Below are positions 51,590-63,458 of a stretch of DNA of 64,000 bases, one piece after another. Origin of the DNA: Octopus bimaculoides (taxonomy: Eukaryota); assembly GCF_001194135.2 (NCBI RefSeq), contig NC_068982.1, positions 103,077,640 to 103,141,639 of the forward strand. The letters are read 5' to 3'. The notes under the pieces are model-generated. The model was not told where the DNA came from and searched no databases. It worked only from the letters and a program-made list of their open reading frames with translations. The position numbers were made by a program, and so were the translations under genes. Every line of letters starts with the position of its first letter. The stretch's first letter is position 1.

Positions 51590-52000
51590 ATGCATTTATC
51601 AAGCTGAAGGAGCACTCACTACATTGAAGTGGAGTATAAAATTTATTTTCACAAAGGAAAGGTTGATAGTGACTTCAAAGTTTCATTTTATACTGACTTT
51701 GTCAGACAGTATGATAAAAGCAGTAAGTGGTAAAAGTTCAGTCACTGTAAATCTTTTCCATATACTTGTTTGTGTTGAAAAGGTTGTCAGTAACTTTGAA
51801 GTTTTGCCATTATAGACAAAGTAAAAGCATGTACCATCATCAAACACAAGAAAATAAACACTATACCTCAAATAAATAGCCAATGAAGAAGCAGAAATAT
51901 AACAACCAATCTGTAAACTCAAAATACAAGCCAATGAACAAATTGTGACATGAGATTGCTCCCACACCAACAAGTATAATTATACCACCAAAACTAAATT
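51590..52000 (+). mobile_element. Possible very decayed Penelope-like endonuclease C-terminus
   Basis: Fragments CIYQAE / YKIYF...DFKVSFY / FAIIDKVKA / IVT*DCSHTNKY occur in the order expected for a PLE GIY-YIG end. Similarity is weak. Confidence 0.35.
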
Positions 52001-52010
52001 GTAACAGTTT

Positions 52011-52049
52011 TTGCCTGAAGATTGCAGCGGCATGAAACTCAAGATGCAA
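52011..52049 (+). ncRNA. Hammerhead-like motif 1 (decayed)
   Basis: TTGC CTGAAGA tTGC agcg GCAt GAAAC tcaa G a t GCAA. Stem I TTGC/GCAA; U16.1 is mutated. Confidence 0.45.
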
Positions 52050-52121
52050 GATAAATATTCAGTTTCAATAAACCATACACTTTACAGCATGTATTGAGCA
52101 TTCTTATTTCATTCTTCAATA

Positions 52122-52156
<35 letters not shown>

Positions 52157-52180
52157 TGAGATGTAAGGTAAACTTACAAG

Positions 52181-52247
52181 TATGTGTTTACTAATCTCTG
52201 ATGAAGCAATAAAAAATGCTGAAACCAGTTATTGATAAAACTACATG
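52181..52247 (+). ncRNA. Hammerhead-like motif 2, minimal type I, complete core
   Basis: CTGATGA (52198) AGCA ataaaaaa TGCT GAAAC ca GT T. The flanks tatgtgtttactaat / attgataaaactacatg form an imperfect stem I. Confidence 0.55.
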
Positions 52248-52459
52248 ATTTAACTAGTGTCTACATTTCACAGTGTTTTAAGTAAAACAAACACACACAC
52301 GCACACACACACAAACACCTGCAAACCTACAATACATCACTTTTAATCAAAAAATCTCCATGTAGCACTTTTATTAATTTATCATGTTGACAGTACTTAC
52401 AATAGTATGCAAATGAGTGCAGACCAAGTCTATGTATACTGTAAGTAGCAATTAGCTAC

Positions 52460-52563
52460 TTTTCTCTCTGTGGTCAAGAAAATGAGTAAGTGGTTTCTGA
52501 TGAAGCAGTAAAAATACCAAAACTAATGAGTTTGATCTTATTTTCTAGACCACAGAGAGAAAA
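52460..52563 (+). ncRNA. Hammerhead-like motif 3 (decayed core) inside a 27-bp inverted repeat
   Basis: Arms 52460-52486 and 52537-52563 pair at 25/27 positions (one of the two others is G-U). The loop contains CTGATGAAGCAgtaaaaaTaCcaAAAC, colinear with motif 2. Confidence 0.45.
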
Positions 52564-52674
52564 AACATATGAACAGTGAGGATAAGAATGTTTTATTTAA
52601 AATGCTTGCTCATAAGTTTATCTTACGTCTCTGTTTATCCTTATACCATGTTGGGCTTCTATTGATTAATATGT

Positions 52675-52860
52675 GTCATCAACATTTAATATCTGTTTTC
52701 CATGCTGGCATGAGTTGAATGGATGATTACAGTCTAAGTCATTTCCAGTTAGGAGCTGCTCCCCGCAGCTCTAGCAGCTCTCATTGACACGTGCTTATAG
52801 CTGTCATCCGGCTTGGTTTCTATGACCAGATGTCATTCCTATTACTGACCACTTTACAGA
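52675..52860 (-). mobile_element. RTE-type LINE 3'UTR fragment, decayed
   Basis: catcaacatttaatatctgttttccatgctggcatg. Confidence 0.55.
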
Positions 52861-53547
52861 AAGTGGAAATGTTCTCATGATACCAACATTAGAAAGATTG
52901 ATAGGCTGTCAGCATAACAGGACCAAAGAAACCTCATTTTTTTTTTTTTTTTCCCTTTCATGAAGTTCCTGCTTTCTGATCTGTTATGGAAACTTCCTAT
53001 TCTGATTATTAAATTTGATATTATGAACAACAGAGTAGTTATAAGAAAGAAAGTAAGGGAGGGAGGGAGGAGGGAAGGAGAGAAAAGAAAAGAAAAGTAA
53101 TGAAAACAAGGAAACAACTTGAAGATGGAGTGTCAGGCTAATTGGAAGTTGATATGTTTTCAATATTGCCATTGTTTTGATTTACATCATCATGGACATA
53201 CTTTTTCATATCTAGGTTTAATGTTTTATCTTTCATGAAGAACCTTTTTTTAAATATTTGTTGCTCATTCATTAGTAAATTGTGGGAGTGGATAAGAGAA
53301 CACATTCACTTGTTTGAAAAAATGAATATAATTTAACAACCACTACAATCATTACTCTCTATTTCATCATCCTAGAAAAAGGAACCTCTACATGGTGACT
53401 TGACATGCTATAAATAGCTGCTCTGATATATATATATATCAGAGCATACCATCTCAAAAATGGAAGGACATATTGAATCAAGGAGATATCTTATGCCAGA
53501 AAAAGAGAAAAAACAGGACAGTTGTGACTGGAATACCTTTCATGATG

Positions 53548-53931
53548 TTTGTGTTGGCACTCCGTCGCTTATGACATCGAAGGTTCCAGTCGATCCGATC
53601 AACGGAACAGCTTGCTCGTGAAATTAACATGCAAGTGGCTGAGCACTCCACAGACACATGTACCCTTAATGTAGTTCTCGGAGAGATTCAGCGTGACACA
53701 GAGTAACAAGGCTGACCCTTTGAAATACAGGTACAACAGAAACAGGAAGAAAGAGTGAGAGAAAGTTGTGGTGGAAGAGTACAGCAGGGTTCGCCACCAT
53801 CCCCTGCCGAAGCCTCGTGGAGTTTTAGGTGTTTTCGCTCAATAAACACTCACAACACCCGGTCTGGGAATCGAAACTGCGATCCTATGACCGCGAGTCC
53901 GCTGCCCTAACCACTGGGCCATTGCGCCTCC
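53548..53931 (-). mobile_element. tRNA-derived SINE family B, full length
   Basis: Reverse complement of 44585-44960. Confidence 0.9.
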
Positions 53932-55287
53932 ATACCTCTGATGATACATCTCCTGCATTGTACATGTAGCTGACCTAGAGTCAAGCAACAAAATCCTTCG
54001 TCATCATTATTGTTATCATTATTACAATCATGAAGAGAAGTCATAACAGTTGAGATGAAAAACCTAGCCATTCCTCTTAAAGTTGTCAAGTTTATATCTT
54101 AACATTATCATATTCAACAGCTGGTCAATCGGACGACAATAGCTGAGCAGGTAAAAAGTAGAAGGGAAAGATGAGATGGAGGGAAAAGCAAGAAAATAAT
54201 TTGAAGACAGTGTGTCAAGCTAGTTAGATGATGATTTGTTGATTAGAAAATTTCAGTATTATGATTGTTTTGTATCACATCATTATCATCATCATCATCA
54301 TCATATTTTCATATCTAGTTTTATGTTTTGTCTTCATTGTTTTTTTTTTCTTTTGCATTGTCATGCTGACGTAAGTTAGATATGTCCAACTGGCACATGC
54401 TTTCATTACCATACATCTTGCTGATGTTTCTTTTATGCTCCTAGATTTGATCATTCTTCATTATATAGATAATGGATGTAATACATATTCTTTAACAAAA
54501 GCCATGCATAATTGAAAGTAGAGTTTTATACTCCATGTGACATTTTGTGATATCAATTATTTTAACGTGAGACAGAAGTAGGGTTGGAAGAGGGAAGGAA
54601 AAGAGGATGGGTGATAAAATATATGTACAGATGTCATGCTATAAAAATGGGAAAATATTTTACTAGTTTGGTTTATAGAATAGGACAAATCTGAATACTT
54701 ATAATTTTCTCTACCTAAAATAAAGAAAATCTCATTTGAATATAATTTAAAGGAAGGCATGACATGTTACCAAAAGCTTTAGTTGGAGGATTTTTATCCT
54801 CACAACAGTTTGCCAGCTGAAAAAAGGCTAAAATGGTAATACAACAACCTTCAACTACAGAGTGAAATCTGGAGTAGAAATCCTGTAATATCACAATACT
54901 ACAAACATAGCATGTTACAGTGAAGTGTATTGTTTTATGCAAAACTATACTATATGTTGGAGATACATGGGATGAGACACATGGGATGGAGACACATGAG
55001 ATGGAGAGTCACTAAAGAGGTCACAGGATGTGTGACAAAAGATTTAAGGCAAAGGACACTAAAATAAGAATAATAATAAAGCTGAAGTTAAGGCCAAGTA
55101 TCTAGTGCAAATGTTTTAATTGGCAAAACCATGACCAGCCCCAAATATAACAATATACTCTATGAGTTTATTAATTATCTATCTCTCTATTAATGTCTCC
55201 TTTTTTCAAGAACAGCTTGATGTATTGGAAAAAAGTCAAAGGTGTTAGAGAACATATAAAGTTGTAGTTGAGAAAAAGTTAGCTAAC

Positions 55288-56014
55288 ATGGAGGACTGGA
55301 AGCCATCTGACTATTGGGAAAGAGTGACCTGTATCATGATTTGTGCTGGGTATCAAAATGTCAAGATCATGATTGCTGCTTAATGCTCTGTGAACACTGT
55401 AAAGACTGTAAGACATGACATAGACAGCTGTAACAGAGACTACAAGCAGGAAGGGACTCAGCAGGCATTCTGATTGCATTTGCACATCAGAATTCAACTC
55501 CAAATCTTTGAACAGATCCTTAGGCTGAAGCTGCTGAAGACTGTGGTCAGTCTCTGACTGGAAAGGATTGCTGCTGAAAGACCGTATATATATGGCAACA
55601 GGATTTGGTTCTTTATCATACCTCTGGAAAGAGTCAGAAGTGATTGTTGATGAATTTATGTGATTTCACCAACCTCAATTTCTGACTTCTTGATTCCTTT
55701 GATTGTAATCCCATGGATTACTTTTGTATGGGGCATGATTGAGAAATACACCAACTGCTCTGTTTGCAACACCAAATCTGAGGTGATGGTCAAGGAAGTA
55801 TTCAAAGATCTTCCCAGAAACACAATGAGGAACATATGTGCCAGGTTTCAGAGCTGCTTTGAGGCCGTAGTACAAGCTGGAGGCAGCTACTTTGAGTAAT
55901 CTCCCAGCCATAGTCTAGTTTATATTTTTTGATTTTTTTAAAATACTTTTATTTTTTGATGGGATATTGTGGTTTTTTTTAATGCAAACTGTCAAATTTA
56001 GCCTGAACACCCTG
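55288..56014 (+). mobile_element. Internally deleted DD37D (maT-type) Tc1/mariner remnant
   Basis: N-terminus MEDWKPSDYWERV..., then WQQD-(37 codons counted)-DYF (F*LLDSFDCNPMDY) and ...CARFQSCFEAVVQAGGSYFE*. Right end caccctg|TA; left TIR not identified. Confidence 0.8.
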
Positions 56015-56129
56015 TATATTTATATTATTGAGCAGTATATTTTTAGTTATGGCATATCTGCTCTATTTATGTTTTAGAGTGTACTTTTTTTCCTGATTTA
56101 TGGATGTTTTATTTTTCATGGCACTAGCC

Positions 56130-56560
56130 ATGAAGTTACTTGTAACTTAAGATACTAAAGAGCCAGGCCTCTCTTGACCCTTGCTTTCTCATGCCAAGTG
56201 GACCATGACCACCCTCTTCAAATGGATGCTCTTCTTTCTACTGTTGCAAGTAGTGGGTTTGCAAATCTGAGTGGTTCACTTCATAGGTGGTCAGCCATAA
56301 GGTCCAGGGTTTGGGAAGTCATAGTGGAATGCTAGCTCTACATAGTTAAACTATATAGTCATGGTAGACTTTATAGTACATGATTGAACCATCTCAGTAT
56401 CTTCCTTTTAATTACCTCAGAAGTGATGTGTACATCTTCAGATTTTGGATCAGCATTGCAAAGGCATAGATTGCATTTGAGGAAACAAAGGTGTATTGTC
56501 TAATATCAAGTCACTGACTGATGCCCTGCCTGTTCCAGATCATGTTTTTAGTCGTCCATT
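56130..56560 (-). mobile_element. Decayed RTE-clade LINE C-terminal fragment
   Basis: Minus strand: MIWNRQGIS, KRKILRWFNHVL, G*PPMK*TTQI. Confidence 0.5.
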
Positions 56561-56571
56561 GATTAAGATGC

Positions 56572-56795
56572 TTACTCTTACTCTTTACTCTTTTTTACTT
56601 GTTTCAGTCATTTGACTGCGGCCATGCTGGAGCACCGCCTTTAGCCGAGCAGATCGACCCCAGGACTTATTCTTTGGAAACCTAGTACTTATTCTATCGG
56701 TCTCTTTTGCCGAACCGCTAAGTTACGGGAACGTAAACACACCAGCATCGGTTGTCAAGCGATGTTGGGGGGACAAACACAGACACACATACACA

Positions 56796-56883
<88 letters not shown>

Positions 56884-57054
56884 CATATATACGACGGGCT
56901 TCTTTCAGTTTTCCGTCTACCAAATCCACCCACAAGGCTTTGGTCGGCCCAAGGCTATAGTAGAAGACACTTGCCCAAGGTGCCACGCAGTGGGACTGAA
57001 CCCGGAGCCATGTGGTTGGTAAACAAGCTACTTACCACACAGCCACTCCTATGC
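56572..57054 (-). mobile_element. tRNA-derived SINE family A, young full-length copy
   Basis: CpG-rich, complete head and tail, long internal (CA)n. Confidence 0.92.
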
Positions 57055-57859
57055 TTATGTGACTAAATTTTTTTTTTTTTTGTGTGTGTATGTGTTTTCT
57101 TATTCATCTGGCACTCCCCTGCCAAGAAACAAATTCTGTGACGTGTTCTATTTTTAGAACCATCTAATGTGATCATGTCTGGACTAGATAACATGATCTT
57201 TTACTTTACACTATTGATATCTACACATTACTTTTTATATGCTTCTCTACCTGTTTAGTGGATATTTTCAATTTATCAGAATCATGGACTGTGTTCTCAG
57301 CATATCTAATATCAATGGAAAGAGTGTCAGTGAGTGCCAAACTTTTATTTAAGTTTTTAAGTTATCTCATGAAAAATTTTAAGATATTAAAAAGTTGAAG
57401 GATAGCATGCAACCTTTTCTCAGACCCATGTGTGTTCCAAATCAATCCATTAGATGGCTATTCTTGTCAGTTCAGTATTGTTGCATTGTCTTTATACTTC
57501 ACACCATCTGAGGGTCTGCACCTGTTGCTGTCATCATCATCCACTTAGCCTTTCTCTAAATCATATTGAAAGAAGCTTTAAAGTTGATGAAGTCAAAGTA
57601 TACACACTTGATGTTATTTTCAGTTATATATCTGTCCATAAAGTAGCATCAACTATTTTTCTCCTACCTTTTAAACTAATCTCTGTATTACACTTCTTTT
57701 GTTTTACTTTTCATTGTCAAGAAAAATGCTTTATTGATAAGAATGAAATCACTGTGCAGTTTGCAAGTTTTACTTGTAAACATATATATATTATTTCCAA
57801 CATACAACAGTCTTTTGATGTCATTTCTATTTCCAATTTTAGAGGAGGGGGCTAATCAA

Positions 57860-58024
57860 TTACATAAACCCCAGTGTTCTATTGGTACGTACTTATTTTA
57901 TTGACTTTGAAAGGATGAAAGGCAAAGTTAACCTCGACAGAACTGAAATTCAGAACATAAAGCTAGAACAAATGTTACTTAGCATTTTGTCAAATGTGCT
58001 AACAATTCTTCCAGTTCACCACCT
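57860..58024 (-). mobile_element. SINE family D
   Basis: aaaggatgaaaggcaaagttaacctcg...tcagaac...ctaacaattcttccagttcaccacc; tRNA-like head on the minus strand. Confidence 0.65.
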
Positions 58025-58740
58025 TTCTATTTCCATACTATATTGAATATTTTGTGGAACACTAACCATGTACTCCCAGCCTGCTTTTTTTACATGCACA
58101 CACATGCACACACACAGACAAAGTTGTCCCTCAGCTTACATGGTAGATCATTTTCAAGAGTCACCTTGAAAATTAAAATTGTGTAAAATGAGGGAGATTT
58201 GTTCATAATTATATGAATTATAAAATAACAGCATGAACAAATTTTATACAATTATATTGAAATGAGGATAATAAACATGATTGCATGTGTATCTATGTAA
58301 ATTAAAACAAAAATTAGCTAAGCAAAATCACTTAGAGTGGCCTGTGGCATGAATGTGAAACAACAAAGATGAATAAAGGTGTATTGACTCTGAATATCCT
58401 GTTGAAAATTTTTAAATCAATAGATCAGCTGTGTAATGGTTGAGCAAAAAATACCTAAAAAGGAATTTGTTTATTCAAATACTTATAGTATATTTACTTC
58501 TGGTCAGATTATTATGAAAATTTGATTAAATATTCCTCCTTTAGATCATAGAATGCATAACTTCCTTTAAAACAAATATAAAAATGAGTCTATATATCCA
58601 CATTATCATATGTCCACTTTTCCAAGCTTAAACAACTTAGGTTAATCAAACTGTAGTGTAAAACATTAAAAACACAAACAATAGGTCTTACAGTCCAGAA
58701 AATTTACATTATTTCAAATAACTTATCAAAGAAATTTATA

Positions 58741-59145
58741 CTGGAATGGCTGTGTGGTAAATAGCTTGCTTACCAACGACATGGTTCCAGGTTCAGTCCC
58801 ACTGCGTGGCACCTTGGGTAAGTGTCTTCTACTGTAGTCTCAGGCCAACGAAAGCCTTGTGAGTGGATTAGGTAGAGGGAAACTGAAAGAAGCCTGTCAT
58901 ATATATATATTTATATATGTGTGTATATGTATGTGTGTTTGTGTTTGTCCCCCCCCCCCAACATCACTTAACAACCGATACTGGTGTATTTATATCCCCC
59001 GTAACTTAGTGGTTCAGCAAAAGAGTCTGATAGAATAAGTACCAGGCTTACAAAGAATAAGTCCTGGTGTCGATTTGCTCAACTAAAGGTGGTGCTCCAG
59101 CATGGCCACAGTCAAATGACTGAAACAAGTAGAAGAATAAAAGAA
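58741..59145 (+). mobile_element. tRNA-derived SINE family A
   Basis: Complete head, internal TA/TG, tail gaaacaagtagaagaataaaagaat. Confidence 0.9.
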
Positions 59146-59299
59146 TTAGCTTACAATGATTTATATGTGGGTGTAGATAAATATTTATCAATGATATATT
59201 GTTACAAAATGATATAACAGGATGAAAGTGTTATAATAGAATGAAAGTGACATCTAACTGCATGAAAACTGATACAGGGTATTGTATTGAATATTGGAG

Positions 59300-59800
59300 T
59301 ATGATGTTGTCAGGAAGTTATTGCTTAAAGTAACATAAAATAACACAAAACTATTATGTTTAATATTGCCAAGAATGCATCCAAAACTAGATTTACTCTC
59401 CAGAAATTGGACATATTTCAGCCACAAAGAGTTGTTGAATATCTTCAAAGCACAAGTGCACTCAACCTTTTGAGTACTGATCATGAATCTTGTAGTGGAT
59501 AGCTGCCACACTCATTCATTCTGAACTACATCTAAGCATAGAAAGGCCATGTGACTAATAGATAAACTTTCACTCACCAACATACTTAACCATAAACCAG
59601 CTGATATACTTCTCTCCAGCCTTTCTACTGATGCTACAGTGATCTTCCAAGGAAAAACCTTTTTTTTTTCCCCCTCACAAATCCATTTGATTTTTCCTTC
59701 CTTTGCACCTCTTCTCATAATCAACTCTTCCATTCTCCAAATCTCGTAAACATTTTTCTCAATCTTCCTTCTTAGAGTTGTAACTCTGAAATTCTTTTCC
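59300..59800 (-). mobile_element. Possible very decayed RTE fragment
   Basis: Faint VKVYL...LKRLSAL similarity only. Confidence 0.25.
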
Positions 59801-62019
59801 ATCCCCTATGTTTTCCATTAGACATCAATTTGCAGAAGTTTAAGCTGAACATCAACCATATCAGCTCCCCATCTTTTTCATTAAAAAATTTTTTTTTTTT
59901 TTAATGGAATATTATGCCTTGAAGTGGTACAAAGTTAAAGCATCAAAATTGATATAGTTTTGAAAAGATAAAGTGTTTCTAATTTATGGATAGAACTGCA
60001 ATGTCAAAGCAACAATTGTATAAGTTTGTCCATCTGTAGAATTTGTGAGCTGTTGGATAAAAAAATCACATTATTGTTTGTGCACCAATGAAACAGTATC
60101 CAATATACAATAGTCTTATATAAGGTTATTATAAATTAGATATGGCATAAATATTTTAGTGACATTCTTTTTAACTGTAAGTTCCCCTTAAAGCACACCA
60201 AATTTCAAGGTTGGGATCATGTATAAAAACCTGGCTTCATACTATATATTAAGCGGCTTTTGTTCTTAACTAGCAGTTACTTTATCCTGGTGAGAGTAAT
60301 GTACATATACATGCACATGCATGTATATAGGGACATTTATATGTATGATTGTATGAACATATGTCAGTACAATTATACTTATGAGTAATACATGTGAGTA
60401 CAATTATATTTATGAGTAATTATACTGCACAGTGTTTTACATCATGTAAAGCACATTGTAAAGCAATATTGCAGTATAATAGTGTGTAGTCACTATTATA
60501 CTGATGTTGTTTTACACCACAGAATCACTTGCCTCCTGCTTGCAGCATGAACACAGCCTACCCAAGAGGAATTAATAATTGCTTTGTTTTCTTTGGAAAA
60601 ACTACCTCCCAATAACACTACCTTCACTCACACACTGAAAAACTCCCTCCTTTGTATTTTACCTCCTTCCATTTCCACATAAACCATTGTGCCTTATTCT
60701 CCCTTCCTTACACATATACCTATATTACAAACTCACACACACCCCTGTATGTACATATACACTTCCCTATATACATGCATACACTTGGCCCTAAAACACT
60801 CACACACCTTTGCACCTTATCTTCATTTGCTGGTAAAACACTATCATGACTGTAAAACACCATTCCACTTTACTCACTCTCATTATTAATTTCACCATGC
60901 AGATTTCATTGCAAATAATACATTCATGGAACTTGTGTCATTCCCCACAAGTCATTCTGTCTCTGCTTGTTTTCGATGACGATCCACTGCCCAAAACATT
61001 GAACTTTGCTGTTTCTCACAGCATAAAATTCATTACCTTGCATTCTTGTTGCTTTTTTCCCTCTCTCCAGAAATGTACTATGACTTTTCATTTCCACATA
61101 CTGACACACATCACTGAATTATCACTTTATTGAATTTATATTAAGTGTATATGTATTTATTTTCATGTTTATATTCTGTATTCAAATATCTGGCCTTGTT
61201 TTAAGATAATTCTGAGGTTAAAGCCCCAAGTGTAAGTGTATAAGCTTGACAACTAAATTATACATCATTGAGTCACATCAAGTTTGTTGTAATCAAAGGT
61301 CACCAGTCATGATGTGTAATCCAAGGCTAGATTGCATATAGTTTATGGATATTTGATCTTAGTTTGTAGATTTGATAATAGATACATGACACCTATAAAT
61401 TTCAGAAGTGTATTTGCTTAACAAGTGTGATTGTGTGACTTTCTATTTTGACTTCTTGAGATTTATGCAAAACGTGAATATAACCACTTTTCCTATGTTA
61501 CTCTCTCCCCTACTACACTCTCATCATATTTTGCCTTCTCACATCACCTTCCCTGAAATCATCACATCCACTCTCTCTCTATATTTCTCTCTCTATATTT
61601 CTCTCTCTCTATTTCTCTCTCTCTATTTCCTCTTCTATTCTATTCTCCTTCAATTATAGGAGCTCTTTATTTTTGTAAGTGGTTGACATTAGGAATGGCA
61701 TCCAACCATAGAAAATTACATTGGAACATGAGACAATCCACCAACTCATCAGATCCTGTTAAACAAGTCAAACAATACCAGCATAGGAAAAGAAGTAGAA
61801 AGAAAGGAGATGGAATGTGAAAAGGGGGATTGGCAGATTAGGGACAGAGAAAAACTGAGGGAGAGCATGCAAGTTGGTCATAGCAAATCACAGTAGTGGA
61901 AACAAAAACAAGGATTGTGCATTGCATGTAAATAAGAAAAAAAGGCACAAAATGAGAACACTAGACACATGAAACAACTGGGAATATTTCCCTTCACTCT
62001 AAGGAATATACAGTATAGT

Positions 62020-62240
62020 CATCATCATTTAACAACAGCCAATCATTTCAGTCCTTTGTCATCTCATCTGTGAGGCTCAACAACGTGAGGTTGATCTTCA
62101 CTACTTTTGTCCCACATCTCCCACAAGTTCCATTCACATTTAGCAATTAGCACTTCCTTGTGCAGCTGTCCTCATCCATACACATCACATGACCATACCA
62201 GTGTGTTGTCTCTCTTGCACTAACATCTGATACCACTTAT
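62020..62240 (-). mobile_element. RTE-type LINE C-terminal fragment
   Basis: Reverse complement parallels 63880-64000 (WYGHV..MDEDSC...GTCGR), ending at a cat-repeat tail. Confidence 0.65.
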
Positions 62241-62469
62241 GACCAAAATATATGTTGATAAATTCACACTAACTTCTAGGTTATCAATTCCTTGTCCATT
62301 GCATGGGCTTAGAGGGCATGGACATTAGCAATTTCCTAAGACAAAGCTCTAAGTTTTTCTATACAGCCTCTTGCCATTTATTGCACTTTTTTTGTCATCT
62401 CCTTTGGTTTTTCATCTTCCACAGTTTCCTTCTACTTAGAGTTTTTGATATTTCTTCACTCATATGTTA

Positions 62470-62773
62470 TTATCCTTTACGTTACAGACCAACACAGTCA
62501 TCTCTGAATTCTCTTATAACCAATTTATCTCTTAGCTCGTTCCCCTGCTCTCGCCCATGCTGCCGCACTTGCCCTTAACTCTCCAACACCACCCTCCTCA
62601 CAGGCACCCATCATCGACCCTATGATATCACTGACTCCTTCACCTGCACTTCTAGCAACGTCATCTACTGCATCTCCTGCTCTCTTTGTCCTTCTCTATA
62701 CATCTGTCAAACAGGACGCCACTTGGCTGACCGGTTTGCGGAAAACCTCCGAGACATCAGACTCGGCAATGAC
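62470..62773 (+). mobile_element. Penelope-like element fragment (second family), Zn-finger linker plus GIY-YIG
   Basis: One frame, one stop: FPCSRPCCRTCP*LSNTTLLTG...[42 protein letters not shown], matching the C..C...C / F.C.S.NVIY.I.C..C...YIG.TGR.L..RF.EH pattern. Confidence 0.85.
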
Positions 62774-62840
62774 ACATGTGTATGTATATATATATGTACA
62801 TATATATAGATATATTTATATGTACATATGTATATATATG

Positions 62841-62871
<31 letters not shown>

Positions 62872-62874
62872 GTG

Positions 62875-62909
<35 letters not shown>

Positions 62910-62990
62910 ATGTGTTTATATATATCTGTAGCTCTATATATATATGTATATATGTATATTTATATATGTGTGTATATATATGTATATTTA

Positions 62991-63057
<67 letters not shown>
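62774..63057. repeat. Complex (TA)/(TG) microsatellite running into an N gap
   Basis: Direct reading. Confidence 0.9.
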
Positions 63058-63458
63058 NNNNNNNNNNNNNNNNNNNNNNNNNNNNNNNNNNNNNNNNNNN
63101 NNNNNNNNNNNNNNNNNNNNNNNNNNNNNNNNNNNNNNNNNNNNNNNNNNNNNNNNNNNNNNNNNNNNNNNNNNNNNNNNNNNNNNNNNNNNNNNNNNNN
63201 NNNNNNNNNNNNNNNNNNNNNNNNNNNNNNNNNNNNNNNNNNNNNNNNNNNNNNNNNNNNNNNNNNNNNNNNNNNNNNNNNNNNNNNNNNNNNNNNNNNN
63301 NNNNNNNNNNNNNNNNNNNNNNNNNNNNNNNNNNNNNNNNNNNNNNNNNNNNNNNNNNNNNNNNNNNNNNNNNNNNNNNNNNNNNNNNNNNNNNNNNNNN
63401 NNNNNNNNNNNNNNNNNNNNNNNNNNNNNNNNNNNNNNNNNNNNNNNNNNNNNNNNNN

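Noticed and set aside
54960-55007. 15-bp unit repeated three times (gagacacatgggatg), and similar small tandem duplications at 3250-3295 and 60368-60425
   Set aside because: Ordinary slippage duplications without spacers; not CRISPR-like or otherwise structured.
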